Assembly (NCBI GenBank): GCA_044892505.1
Contig: CM097883.1
Coordinates: 310,868,001-310,932,000, forward strand
Direction: 5' to 3'
Source of the DNA: Schmidtea nova
Taxonomy: Eukaryota
DNA length: 64,000 nucleotides
The notes below the pieces were generated by a model. That model worked only from the letters and a program-made list of their open reading frames with translations, did no database searches and was not told where the DNA came from. Both the position numbers and the translations under genes were made by a program. This document shows, in pieces, positions 41,713 through 55,121 of this stretch (position 1 is the stretch's first letter; each line of letters starts with the position of its first letter).

Positions 41713-42641
41713 GGTAGCGATTTTGAGGTTGATTCAGATGAAGAAGAAGAAAGTGACACAGGCGCAAGTTACACTGACGAAAGTGAAACAGACGCAAGTG
41801 ATACGGACGAAAGTGACTTGGACGAAGTTGACACTGACGAAAGTGACACGGACGAAGAAAGTGAAAATTAGTATCAAAATGTTATCATCAATATAGAATA
41901 GGTTTGATAAATTAGGCTAATTGAAACTTCTTTCATGAAAAGATGATTCTTCCTTGAGTTTACTTTGCATTTATATTAGAATATTAAACGTTTTCTGGGT
42001 ATTGGTGATATTTGCGCTATTTATATTTGTATTTTGTTTTAATATTACTGCTCTTTATATATGAATAATACAAGAACTGCTGATTGTTTTGATATTTTAG
42101 ACTAAAGGTTTATCAGGATATCGAAAGTGTGTTGGGAATCTATGAAATATCTGTTTTTTAATTATATTATTTTTATTATTATTAATATTACTATTATTGA
42201 AATTTTTATTATTTTTGATAATTTTAAACTTTTTTTATCATAAATACTAATTCTTTTAAAATCATTGAAGTAAAAAACAAAAAATACACTTAACGTCATT
42301 AGGATTTGTAATAATTATATATAGATATAACAATTTTCAATTAAATACATGGATGGTCGACTCGACTTTTACAATTATTTCAAATATTTTATTTTATGCT
42401 TGGCCTCCACAAACCAGTTATCCATTTCGTAAAAGTATTATTAGTTATGAGACTACAGCTGTTACCACCTTATAAATGTATTTTATCTGTAACATAAATG
42501 TAGTATATATGAAGTGGAATATGAAATCTTTTTTTCTCATGCATCCGTTTCATATGATTAATCGTATATCGTTAAAATTTCAAAATCTTTCTTTTCTTTA
42601 TCTTGCAAAGTACTTACGTAATTGTTTGATCCACGTTTCCG

Positions 42642-42708
<67 letters not shown>

Positions 42709-43020
42709 ACGAAATGGAACATGGCTCCGTTTTCAATTCGTAAAATCGAATACAAGTGGAAGTTCTCATGGAATTTTTATCTTTTTGACAACAACACCGT
42801 CGTTTTTCAGTTTTTTCATCTTATACCTTGTAGTTGATAATTGAGTTTCACACTTTCAAAGATAACGTAAATCCATCTGCTTTTATTTAATTTTTAATTA
42901 CTTTTTATTGGTTTAAAGTGTTAAAGTAATCAGAATTCGACACTATTTATGTACGTTATTATATGAATTTTGACTACTATAAAATAACGAGATAAAATTA
43001 AGAGTAAAGTGAAATTTAAA

Positions 43021-43347
43021 ATGTCAACTATACATTGTAGCATTTGTTTAGAAAATTGTTCGACTTCATTTGCAAAGTTATCTGAATGTCGTCATGAATT
43101 CTGTGAGAGTTGTATCAAAGGCTGGATGAAATATTCTTCTACGTGTCCATTAGATAGATCAGTAACTAAAACGTTAATTATATACAACAATCCTGTAGAA
43201 AGAACTATAAAAGATACTATTACTGTTAAACCTAAATCTTCAAACGACAACGACGACGACGATGACGATAATTATGAGTCACAATTCTTCGAATATGACT
43301 TGGCATATTATTTGACGGCTGATGATCATGAATTGGATGATGAATAA
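43021..43347 (+). CDS. RING protein, truncated allele, copy 27
   Basis: Same ORF, TAA at codon 109. Confidence 0.62.
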   Translation: MSTIHCSICLENCSTSFAKLSECRHEFCESCIKGWMKYSSTCPLDRSVTKTLIIYNNPVERTIKDTITVKPKSSNDNDDDDDDNYESQFFEYDLAYYLTADDHELDDE

Positions 43348-44276
43348 GGTAGCGATTTTGAGGTTGATTCAGATGAAGAAGAAGAAAGTGACACAGACGC
43401 AAGTTACACTGACGAAAGTGAAACAGACGCAAGTGATACGGACGAAAGTGACTTGGACGAAGTTGACACTGACGAAAGTGACACGGACGAAGAAAGTGAA
43501 AATTAGTATCAAAATGTTATCATCAATATAGAATAGGTTTGATAAATTAGGCTAATTGAAACTTCTTTCATGAAAAGATGATTCTTCCTTGAGTTTACTT
43601 TGCATTTATATTAGAATATTAAACGTTTTCTGGGTATTGGTGATATTTGCGCTATTTATATTTGTATTTTGTTTTAATATTACTGCTCTTTATATATGAA
43701 TAATACAAGAACTGCTGATTGTTTTGATATTTTAGACTAAAGGTTTATCAGGATATCGAAAGTGTGTTGGGAATCTATGAAATATCTGTTTTTTAATTAT
43801 ATTATTTTTATTATTATTAATATTATTATTATTGAAATTTTTATTATTTTTGATAATTTTAAACTTTTTTTATCATAAATACTAATACTTTTAAAATCAT
43901 TGAAGTAAAAAACAAAAAATACACTTAACGTCATTAGGATTTGTAATAATTATATATAGATATAACAATTTTCAATTAAATACATGGATGGTCGACTCGA
44001 CTTTTACAATTATTTCAAATATTTTATTTTATGCTTGGCCTCCACAAACCAGTTATCCATTTCGTAAAAGTATTATTAGTTATGAGACTACAGCTGTTAC
44101 CACCTTATAAATGTATTTTATCTGTAACATAAATGTAGTATATATGAAGTGGAATATGAAATCTTTTTTTCTCATGCATCCGTTTCATATGATTAATCGT
44201 ATATCGTTAAAATTTCAAAATCTTTCTTTTCTTTATCTTGCAAAGTACTTACGTAATTGTTTGATCCACGTTTCCG

Positions 44277-44310
<34 letters not shown>

Positions 44311-44313
<3 letters not shown>

Positions 44314-44645
44314 CATAATTATCTTTTTTCACCTTTGATCTTTTTTTATTATTATTATCAATAATTCTCATAATGACTATAGATCAAAATTTTTTTTTAT
44401 AAACAATAACACAATATTTCGGCACAGCCTTTATCAAGTGTGTATTTATTATTATCAATAATTCTCATAATGACTATAGATCAAAATTTTTTTTTATAAA
44501 CAATAACACAATATTTCGGCACAGCCTTTATCAAGTGTGTATTTCTCAAATACACACTTGATAAAGGCTGTGCCGAAATATTGTGTTATTGTTTATAAAA
44601 AAAAATTTTGATCTATAGTCATTATGAGAATTATTGATAATAATA
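44311..44645. other. 335-bp foreign insertion within the (AT)n tract: unique 37 bp + A (100 bp) + A' (97 bp) + CTC + reverse complement of A
   Basis: Unit length 1962 = 1573 + (AT)16 + (AT)11 + 335. 44348-44447 is repeated at 44448-44544 and inverted at 44548-44647. Confidence 0.95.
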
Positions 44646-44982
44646 ATATATATATATATATATATATTTAACGAAATGGAACATGGCTCCGTTTTCAATT
44701 CGTAAAATCGAATACAAGTGGAAGTTCTCATGGAATTTTTATCTTTTTGACAACAACACCGTCGTTTTTCAGTTTTTTCATCTTATACCTTGTAGTTGAT
44801 AATTGAGTTTCACACTTTCAAAGATAACGTAAATCCATCTGCTTTTATTTAATTTTTAATTACTTTTTATTGGTTTAAAGTGTTAAAGTAATCAGAATTC
44901 GACACTATTTATGTACGTTATTATATGAATTTTGACTACTATAAAATAACGAGATAAAATTAAGAGTAAAGTGAAATTTAAA

Positions 44983-45309
44983 ATGTCAACTATACATTGT
45001 AGCATTTGTTTAGAAAATTGTTCGACTTCATTTGCAAAGTTATCTGAATGTCGTCATGAATTCTGTGAGAGTTGTATCAAAGGCTGGATGAAATATTCTT
45101 CTACGTGTCCATTAGATAGATCAGTAACTAAAACGTTAATTATATACAACAATCCTGTAGAAAGAACTATAAAAGATACTATTACTGTTAAACCTAAATC
45201 TTCAAACGACAACGACGACGACGATGACGATAATTATGAGTCACAATTCTTCGAATATGACTTGGCATATTATTTGACGGCTGATGATCATGAATTGGAT
45301 GATGAATAA
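44983..45309 (+). CDS. RING protein, truncated allele, copy 28
   Basis: Same ORF, TAA at codon 109. Confidence 0.6.
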   Translation: MSTIHCSICLENCSTSFAKLSECRHEFCESCIKGWMKYSSTCPLDRSVTKTLIIYNNPVERTIKDTITVKPKSSNDNDDDDDDNYESQFFEYDLAYYLTADDHELDDE

Positions 45310-46240
45310 GGTAGCGATTTTGAGGTTGATTCAGATGAAGAAGAAGAAAGTGACACAGACGCAAGTTACACTGACGAAAGTGAAACAGACGCAAGTGATA
45401 CGGACGAAAGTGACTTGGACGAAGTTGACACTGACGAAAGTGACACGGACGAAGAAAGTGAAAATTAGTATCAAAATGTTATCATCAATATAGAATAGGT
45501 TTGATAAATTAGGCTAATTGAAACTTCTTTCATGAAAAGATGATTCTTCCTTGAGTTTACTTTGCATTTATATTAGAATATTAAACGTTTTCTGGGTATT
45601 GGTGATATTTGCGCTATTTATATTTGTATTTTGTTTTAATATTACTGCTCTTTATATATGAATAATACAAGAACTGCTGATTGTTTTGATATTTTAGACT
45701 AAAGGTTTATCAGGATATCGAAAGTGTGTTGGGAATCTATGAAATATCTGTTTTTTAATTATATTATTTTTATTATTATTAATATTACTATTATTGAAAT
45801 TTTTATTATTTTTGATAATTTTAAACTTTTTTTATCATAAATACTAATTCTTTTAAAATCATTGAAGTAAAAAACAAAAAATACACTTAACGTCATTAGG
45901 ATTTGTAATAATTATATATAGATATAACAATTTTCAATTAAATACATGGATGGTCGACTCGACTTTTACAATTATTTCAAATATTTTATTTTATGCTTGG
46001 CCTCCACAAACCAGTTATCCATTTCGTAAAAGTATTATTAGTTATGAGACTACAGCTGTTACCACCTTATAAATGTATTTTATCTGTAACATAAATGTAG
46101 TATATATGAAGTGGAATATGAAATCTTTTTTTCTCATGCATCCGTTTCATATGATTAATCGTATATCGTTAAAATTTCAAAATCTTTCTTTTCTTTATCT
46201 TGCAAAGTACTTACGTAATTGTTTGATCCACGTTTCCGTC

Positions 46241-46271
<31 letters not shown>

Positions 46272-46583
46272 ATGAAATGGAACATGGCTCCGTTTTCAAT
46301 TCGTAAAATCGAATACAAGTGGAAGTTCTCATGGAATTTTTATCTTTTTGACAACAACACCGTCGTTTTTCAGTTTTTTCATCTTATACCTTGTAGTTGA
46401 TAATTGAGTTTCACACTTTCAAAGATAACGTAAATCCATCTGCTTTTATTTAATTTTTAATTACTTTTTATTGGTTTAAAGTGTTAAAGTAATCAGAATT
46501 CGACACTATTTATGTACGTTATTATATGAATTTTGACTACTATAAAATAACGAGATAAAATTAAGAGTAAAGTGAAATTTAAA

Positions 46584-47069
46584 ATGTCAACTATACATTG
46601 TAGCATTTGTTTAGAAAATTGTTCGACTTCATTTGCAAAGTTATCTGAATGTCGTCATGAATTCTGTGAGAGTTGTATCAAAGGCTGGATGAAATATTCT
46701 TCTACGTGTCCATTAGATAGATCAGTAACTAAAACGTTAATTATATACAACAATCCTGTAGAAAGAACTATAAAAGATACTATTACTGTTAAACCTAAAT
46801 CTTCAAACGACAACGACGACGACGATGACGATAATTATGAGTCACAATTCTTCGAATATGACTTGGCATATTATTTGACGGCTGATGATCATGAATTGGA
46901 TGATGAATCAGGTAGCGATTTTGAGGTTGATTCAGATGAAGAAGAAGAAAGTGACACAGGCGCAAGTTACACTGACGAAAGTGAAACAGACGCAAGTGAT
47001 ACGGACGAAAGTGACTTGGACGAAGTTGACACTGACGAAAGTGACACGGACGAAGAAAGTGAAAATTAG
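46584..47069 (+). CDS. RING protein, full-length, copy 29
   Basis: Same ORF, TCA at codon 109. Confidence 0.87.
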   Translation: MSTIHCSICLENCSTSFAKLSECRHEFCESCIKGWMKYSSTCPLDRSVTKTLIIYNNPVERTIKDTITVKPKSSNDNDDDDDDNYESQFFEYDLAYYLTADDHELDDESGSDFEVDSDEEEESDTGASYTDESETDASDTDESDLDEVDTDESDTDEESEN

Positions 47070-47839
47070 TATCAAAATGTTATCATCAATATAGAATAGG
47101 TTTGATAAATTAGGCTAATTGAAACTTCTTTCATGAAAAGATGATTCTTCCTTGAGTTTACTTTGCATTTATATTAGAATATTAAACGTTTTCTGGGTAT
47201 TGGTGATATTTGCGCTATTTATATTTTTATTTTGTTTTAATATTACTGCTCTTTATATATGAATAATACAAGAACTGCTGATTGTTTTGATATTTTAGAC
47301 TAAAGGTTTATCAGGATATCGAAAGTGTGTTGGGAATCTATGAAATATCTGTTTTTTAATTATATTATTTTTATTATTATTAATATTATTATTATTGAAA
47401 TTTTTATTATTTTTGATAATTTTAAACTTTTTTTATCATAAATACTAATACTTTTAAAATCATTGAAGTAAAAAACAAAAAATACACTTAACGTCATTAG
47501 GATTTGTAATAATTATATATAGATATAACAATTTTCAATTAAATACATGGATGGTCGACTCGACTTTTACAATTATTTCAAATATTTTATTTTATGCTTG
47601 GCCTCCACAAACCAGTTATCCATTTCGTAAAAGTATTATTAGTTATGAGACTACAGCTGTTACCACCTTATAAATGTATTTTATCTGTAACATAAATGTA
47701 GTATATATGAAGTGGAATATGAAATCTTTTTTTCTCATGCATCCGTTTCATATGATTAATCGTATATCGTTAAAATTTCAAAATCTTTCTTTTCTTTATC
47801 TTGCAAAGTACTTACGTAATTGTTTGATCCACGTTTCCG

Positions 47840-47892
<53 letters not shown>

Positions 47893-48204
47893 ACGAAATG
47901 GAACATGGCTCCGTTTTCAATTCGTAAAATCGAATACAAGTGGAAGTTCTCATGGAATTTTTATCTTTTTGACAACAACACCGTCGTTTTTCAGTTTTTT
48001 CATCTTATACCTTGTAGTTGATAATTGAGTTTCACACTTTCAAAGATAACGTAAATCCATCTGCTTTTATTTAATTTTTAATTACTTTTTATTGGTTTAA
48101 AGTGTTAAAGTAATCAGAATTCGACACTATTTATGTACGTTATTATATGAATTTTGACTACTATAAAATAACGAGATAAAATTAAGAGTAAAGTGAAATT
48201 TAAA

Positions 48205-48531
48205 ATGTCAACTATACATTGTAGCATTTGTTTAGAAAATTGTTCGACTTCATTTGCAAAGTTATCTGAATGTCGTCATGAATTCTGTGAGAGTTGTATC
48301 AAAGGCTGGATGAAATATTCTTCTACGTGTCCATTAGATAGATCAGTAACTAAAACGTTAATTATATACAACAATCCTGTAGAAAGAACTATAAAAGATA
48401 CTATTACTGTTAAACCTAAATCTTCAAACGACAACGACGACGACGATGACGATAATTATGAGTCACAATTCTTCGAATATGACTTGGCATATTATTTGAC
48501 GGCTGATGATCATGAATTGGATGATGAATAA
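48205..48531 (+). CDS. RING protein, truncated allele, copy 30
   Basis: Same ORF, TAA at codon 109. Confidence 0.62.
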   Translation: MSTIHCSICLENCSTSFAKLSECRHEFCESCIKGWMKYSSTCPLDRSVTKTLIIYNNPVERTIKDTITVKPKSSNDNDDDDDDNYESQFFEYDLAYYLTADDHELDDE

Positions 48532-49461
48532 GGTAGCGATTTTGAGGTTGATTCAGATGAAGAAGAAGAAAGTGACACAGACGCAAGTTACACTGACGAA
48601 AGTGAAACAGACGCAAGTGATACGGACGAAAGTGACTTGGACGAAGTTGACACTGACGAAAGTGACACGGACGAAGAAAGTGAAAATTAGTATCAAAATG
48701 TTATCATCAATATAGAATAGGTTTGATAAATTAGGCTAATTGAAACTTCTTTCATGAAAAGATGATTCTTCCTTGAGTTTACTTTGCATTTATATTAGAA
48801 TATTAAACGTTTTCTGGGTATTGGTGATATTTGCGCTATTTATATTTGTATTTTGTTTTAATATTACTGCTCTTTATATATGAATAATACAAGAACTGCT
48901 GATTGTTTTGATATTTTAGACTAAAGGTTTATCAGGATATCGAAAGTGTGTTGGGAATCTATGAAATATCTGTTTTTTAATTATATTATTTTTATTATTA
49001 TTAATATTACTATTATTGAAATTTTTATTATTTTTGATAATTTTAAACTTTTTTTTCATAAATACTAATTCTTTTAAAATCATTGAAGTAAAAAACAAAA
49101 AATACACTTAACGTCATTAGGATTTGTAATAATTATATATAGATATAACAATTTTCAATTAAATACATGGATGGTCGACTCGACTTTTACAATTATTTCA
49201 AATATTTTATTTTATGCTTGGCCTCCACAAACCAGTTATCCATTTCGTAAAAGTATTATTAGTTATGAGACTACAGCTGTTACCACCTTATAAATGTATT
49301 TTATCTGTAACATAAATGTAGTATATATGAAGTGGAATATGAAATCTTTTTTTCTCATGCATCCGTTTCATATGATTAATCGTATATCGTTAAAATTTCA
49401 AAATCTTTCTTTTCTTTATCTTGCAAAGTACTTACGTAATTGTTTGATCCACGTTTCCGTC

Positions 49462-49492
<31 letters not shown>

Positions 49493-49804
49493 ATGAAATG
49501 GAACATGGCTCCGTTTTCAATTCGTAAAATCGAATACAAGTGGAAGTTCTCATGGAATTTTTATCTTTTTGACAACAACACCGTCGTTTTTCAGTTTTTT
49601 CATCTTATACCTTGTAGTTGATAATTGAGTTTCACACTTTCAAAGATAACGTAAATCCATCTGCTTTTATTTAATTTTTAATTACTTTTTATTGGTTTAA
49701 AGTGTTAAAGTAATCAGAATTCGACACTATTTATGTACGTTATTATATGAATTTTGACTACTATAAAATAACGAGATAAAATTAAGAGTAAAGTGAAATT
49801 TAAA

Positions 49805-50290
49805 ATGTCAACTATACATTGTAGCATTTGTTTAGAAAATTGTTCGACTTCATTTGCAAAGTTATCTGAATGTCGTCATGAATTCTGTGAGAGTTGTATC
49901 AAAGGCTGGATGAAATATTCTTCTACGTGTCCATTAGATAGATCAGTAACTAAAACGTTAATTATATACAACAATCCTGTAGAAAGAACTATAAAAGATA
50001 CTATTACTGTTAAACCTAAATCTTCAAACGACAACGACGACGACGATGACGATAATTATGAGTCACAATTCTTCGAATATGACTTGGCATATTATTTGAC
50101 GGCTGATGATCATGAATTGGATGATGAATCAGGTAGCGATTTTGAGGTTGATTCAGATGAAGAAGAAGAAAGTGACACAGGCGCAAGTTACACTGACGAA
50201 AGTGAAACAGACGCAAGTGATACGGACGAAAGTGACTTGGACGAAGTTGACACTGACGAAAGTGACACGGACGAAGAAAGTGAAAATTAG
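49805..50290 (+). CDS. RING protein, full-length, copy 31
   Basis: Same ORF, TCA at codon 109. Confidence 0.87.
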   Translation: MSTIHCSICLENCSTSFAKLSECRHEFCESCIKGWMKYSSTCPLDRSVTKTLIIYNNPVERTIKDTITVKPKSSNDNDDDDDDNYESQFFEYDLAYYLTADDHELDDESGSDFEVDSDEEEESDTGASYTDESETDASDTDESDLDEVDTDESDTDEESEN

Positions 50291-51060
50291 TATCAAAATG
50301 TTATCATCAATATAGAATAGGTTTGATAAATTAGGCTAATTGAAACTTCTTTCATGAAAAGATGATTCTTCCTTGAGTTTACTTTGCATTTATATTAGAA
50401 TATTAAACGTTTTCTGGGTATTGGTGATATTTGCGCTATTTATATTTTTATTTTGTTTTAATATTACTGCTCTTTATATATGAATAATACAAGAACTGCT
50501 GATTGTTTTGATATTTTAGACTAAAGGTTTATCAGGATATCGAAAGTGTGTTGGGAATCTATGAAATATCTGTTTTTTAATTATATTATTTTTATTATTA
50601 TTAATATTATTATTATTGAAATTTTTATTATTTTTGATAATTTTAAACTTTTTTTATCATAAATACTAATACTTTTAAAATCATTGAAGTAAAAAACAAA
50701 AAATACACTTAACGTCATTAGGATTTGTAATAATTATATATAGATATAACAATTTTCAATTAAATACATGGATGGTCGACTCGACTTTTACAATTATTTC
50801 AAATATTTTATTTTATGCTTGGCCTCCACAAACCAGTTATCCATTTCGTAAAAGTATTATTAGTTATGAGACTACAGCTGTTACCACCTTATAAATGTAT
50901 TTTATCTGTAACATAAATGTAGTATATATGAAGTGGAATATGAAATCTTTTTTTCTCATGCATCCGTTTCATATGATTAATCGTATATCGTTAAAATTTC
51001 AAAATCTTTCTTTTCTTTATCTTGCAAAGTACTTACGTAATTGTTTGATCCACGTTTCCG

Positions 51061-51115
<55 letters not shown>

Positions 51116-51427
51116 ACGAAATGGAACATGGCTCCGTTTTCAATTCGTAAAATCGAATACAAGTGGAAGTTCTCATGGAATTTTTATCTTTTTGACAACA
51201 ACACCGTCGTTTTTCAGTTTTTTCATCTTATACCTTGTAGTTGATAATTGAGTTTCACACTTTCAAAGATAACGTAAATCCATCTGCTTTTATTTAATTT
51301 TTAATTACTTTTTATTGGTTTAAAGTGTTAAAGTAATCAGAATTCGACACTATTTATGTACGTTATTATATGAATTTTGACTACTATAAAATAACGAGAT
51401 AAAATTAAGAGTAAAGTGAAATTTAAA

Positions 51428-51754
51428 ATGTCAACTATACATTGTAGCATTTGTTTAGAAAATTGTTCGACTTCATTTGCAAAGTTATCTGAATGTCGTC
51501 ATGAATTCTGTGAGAGTTGTATCAAAGGCTGGATGAAATATTCTTCTACGTGTCCATTAGATAGATCAGTAACTAAAACGTTAATTATATACAACAATCC
51601 TGTAGAAAGAACTATAAAAGATACTATTACTGTTAAACCTAAATCTTCAAACGACAACGACGACGACGATGACGATAATTATGAGTCACAATTCTTCGAA
51701 TATGACTTGGCATATTATTTGACGGCTGATGATCATGAATTGGATGATGAATAA
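51428..51754 (+). CDS. RING protein, truncated allele, copy 32
   Basis: Same ORF, TAA at codon 109. Confidence 0.62.
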   Translation: MSTIHCSICLENCSTSFAKLSECRHEFCESCIKGWMKYSSTCPLDRSVTKTLIIYNNPVERTIKDTITVKPKSSNDNDDDDDDNYESQFFEYDLAYYLTADDHELDDE

Positions 51755-52683
51755 GGTAGCGATTTTGAGGTTGATTCAGATGAAGAAGAAGAAAGTGACA
51801 CAGACGCAAGTTACACTGACGAAAGTGAAACAGACGCAAGTGATACGGACGAAAGTGACTTGGACGAAGTTGACACTGACGAAAGTGACACGGACGAAGA
51901 AAGTGAAAATTAGTATCAAAATGTTATCATCAATATAGAATAGGTTTGATAAATTAGGCTAATTGAAACTTCTTTCATGAAAAGATGATTCTTCCTTGAG
52001 TTTACTTTGCATTTATATTAGAATATTAAACGTTTTCTGGGTATTGGTGATATTTGCGCTATTTATATTTGTATTTTGTTTTAATATTACTGCTCTTTAT
52101 ATATGAATAATACAAGAACTGCTGATTGTTTTGATATTTTAGACTAAAGGTTTATCAGGATATCGAAAGTGTGTTGGGAATCTATGAAATATCTGTTTTT
52201 TAATTATATTATTTTTATTATTATTAATATTATTATTATTGAAATTTTTATTATTTTTGATAATTTTAAACTTTTTTTATCATAAATACTAATACTTTTA
52301 AAATCATTGAAGTAAAAAACAAAAAATACACTTAACGTCATTAGGATTTGTAATAATTATATATAGATATAACAATTTTCAATTAAATACATGGATGGTC
52401 GACTCGACTTTTACAATTATTTCAAATATTTTATTTTATGCTTGGCCTCCACAAACCAGTTATCCATTTCGTAAAAGTATTATTAGTTATGAGACTACAG
52501 CTGTTACCACCTTATAAATGTATTTTATCTGTAACATAAATGTAGTATATATGAAGTGGAATATGAAATCTTTTTTTCTCATGCATCCGTTTCATATGAT
52601 TAATCGTATATCGTTAAAATTTCAAAATCTTTCTTTTCTTTATCTTGCAAAGTACTTACGTAATTGTTTGATCCACGTTTCCG

Positions 52684-52726
<43 letters not shown>

Positions 52727-53038
52727 ACGAAATGGAACATGGCTCCGTTTTCAATTCGTAAAATCGAATACAAGTGGAAGTTCTCATGGAATTTTTATCT
52801 TTTTGACAACAACACCGTCGTTTTTCAGTTTTTTCATCTTATACCTTGTAGTTGATAATTGAGTTTCACACTTTCAAAGATAACGTAAATCCATCTGCTT
52901 TTATTTAATTTTTAATTACTTTTTATTGGTTTAAAGTGTTAAAGTAATCAGAATTCGACACTATTTATGTACGTTATTATATGAATTTTGACTACTATAA
53001 AATAACGAGATAAAATTAAGAGTAAAGTGAAATTTAAA

Positions 53039-53365
53039 ATGTCAACTATACATTGTAGCATTTGTTTAGAAAATTGTTCGACTTCATTTGCAAAGTTATC
53101 TGAATGTCGTCATGAATTCTGTGAGAGTTGTATCAAAGGCTGGATGAAATATTCTTCTACGTGTCCATTAGATAGATCAGTAACTAAAACGTTAATTATA
53201 TACAACAATCCTGTAGAAAGAACTATAAAAGATACTATTACTGTTAAACCTAAATCTTCAAACGACAACGACGACGACGATGACGATAATTATGAGTCAC
53301 AATTCTTCGAATATGACTTGGCATATTATTTGACGGCTGATGATCATGAATTGGATGATGAATAA
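53039..53365 (+). CDS. RING protein, truncated allele, copy 33
   Basis: Same ORF, TAA at codon 109. Confidence 0.62.
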   Translation: MSTIHCSICLENCSTSFAKLSECRHEFCESCIKGWMKYSSTCPLDRSVTKTLIIYNNPVERTIKDTITVKPKSSNDNDDDDDDNYESQFFEYDLAYYLTADDHELDDE

Positions 53366-54635
53366 GGTAGCGATTTTGAGGTTGATTCAGATGAAGAAGA
53401 AGAAAGTGACACAGACGCAAGTTACACTGACGAAAGTGAAACAGACGCAAGTGATACGGACGAAAGTGACTTGGACGAAGTTGACACTGACGAAAGTGAC
53501 ACGGACGAAGAAAGTGAAAATTAGTATCAAAATGTTATCATCAATATAGAATAGGTTTGATAAATTAGGCTAATTGAAACTTCTTTCATGAAAAGATGAT
53601 TCTTCCTTGAGTTTACTTTGCATTTATATTAGAATATTAAACGTTTTCTGGGTATTGGTGATATTTGCGCTATTTATATTTGTATTTTGTTTTAATATTA
53701 CTGCTCTTTATATATGAATAATACAAGAACTGCTGATTGTTTTGATATTTTAGACTAAAGGTTTATCAGGATATCGAAAGTGTGTTGGGAATCTATGAAA
53801 TATCTGTTTTTTAATTATATTATTTTTATTATTATTAATATTACTATTATTGAAATTTTTATTATTTTTGATAATTTTAAACTTTTTTTATCATAAATAC
53901 TAATTCTTTTAAAATCATTGAAGTAAAAAACAAAAAATACACTTAACGTCATTAGGATTTGTAATAATTATATATAGATATAACAATTTTCAATTAAATA
54001 CATGGATGGTCGACTCGACTTTTACAATTATTTCAAATATTTTATTTTATGCTTGGCCTCCACAAACCAGTTATCCATTTCGTAAAAGTATTATTAGTTA
54101 TGAGACTACAGCTGTTACCACCTTATAAATGTATTTTATCTGTAACATAAATGTAGTATATATGAAGTGGAATATGAAATCTTTTTTTCTCATGCATCCG
54201 TTTCATATGATTAATCGTATATCGTTAAAATTTCAAAATCTTTCTTTTCTTTATCTTGCAAAGTACTTACGTAATTGTTTGATCCACGTTTCCGTCATAT
54301 ATATATATATATATATATATTTAATGAAATGGAACATGGCTCCGTTTTCAATTCGTAAAATCGAATACAAGTGGAAGTTCTCATGGAATTTTTATCTTTT
54401 TGACAACAACACCGTCGTTTTTCAGTTTTTTCATCTTATACCTTGTAGTTGATAATTGAGTTTCACACTTTCAAAGATAACGTAAATCCATCTGCTTTTA
54501 TTTAATTTTTAATTACTTTTTATTGGTTTAAAGTGTTAAAGTAATCAGAATTCGACACTATTTATGTACGTTATTATATGAATTTTGACTACTATAAAAT
54601 AACGAGATAAAATTAAGAGTAAAGTGAAATTTAAA

Positions 54636-55121
54636 ATGTCAACTATACATTGTAGCATTTGTTTAGAAAATTGTTCGACTTCATTTGCAAAGTTATCTGA
54701 ATGTCGTCATGAATTCTGTGAGAGTTGTATCAAAGGCTGGATGAAATATTCTTCTACGTGTCCATTAGATAGATCAGTAACTAAAACGTTAATTATATAC
54801 AACAATCCTGTAGAAAGAACTATAAAAGATACTATTACTGTTAAACCTAAATCTTCAAACGACAACGACGACGACGATGACGATAATTATGAGTCACAAT
54901 TCTTCGAATATGACTTGGCATATTATTTGACGGCTGATGATCATGAATTGGATGATGAATCAGGTAGCGATTTTGAGGTTGATTCAGATGAAGAAGAAGA
55001 AAGTGACACAGGCGCAAGTTACACTGACGAAAGTGAAACAGACGCAAGTGATACGGACGAAAGTGACTTGGACGAAGTTGACACTGACGAAAGTGACACG
55101 GACGAAGAAAGTGAAAATTAG
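54636..55121 (+). CDS. RING protein, full-length, copy 34
   Basis: Same ORF, TCA at codon 109. Confidence 0.87.
   Translation: MSTIHCSICLENCSTSFAKLSECRHEFCESCIKGWMKYSSTCPLDRSVTKTLIIYNNPVERTIKDTITVKPKSSNDNDDDDDDNYESQFFEYDLAYYLTADDHELDDESGSDFEVDSDEEEESDTGASYTDESETDASDTDESDLDEVDTDESDTDEESEN

Noticed and set aside
44546-44731. 61-aa ORF across the insertion
   Set aside because: Spans the hairpin arm and (AT)n; low complexity, no coding signal
48916-49107. 63-aa minus-strand ORF unique to copy 30
   Set aside because: Created by a private 1-bp deletion near 49057 in AT-rich spacer
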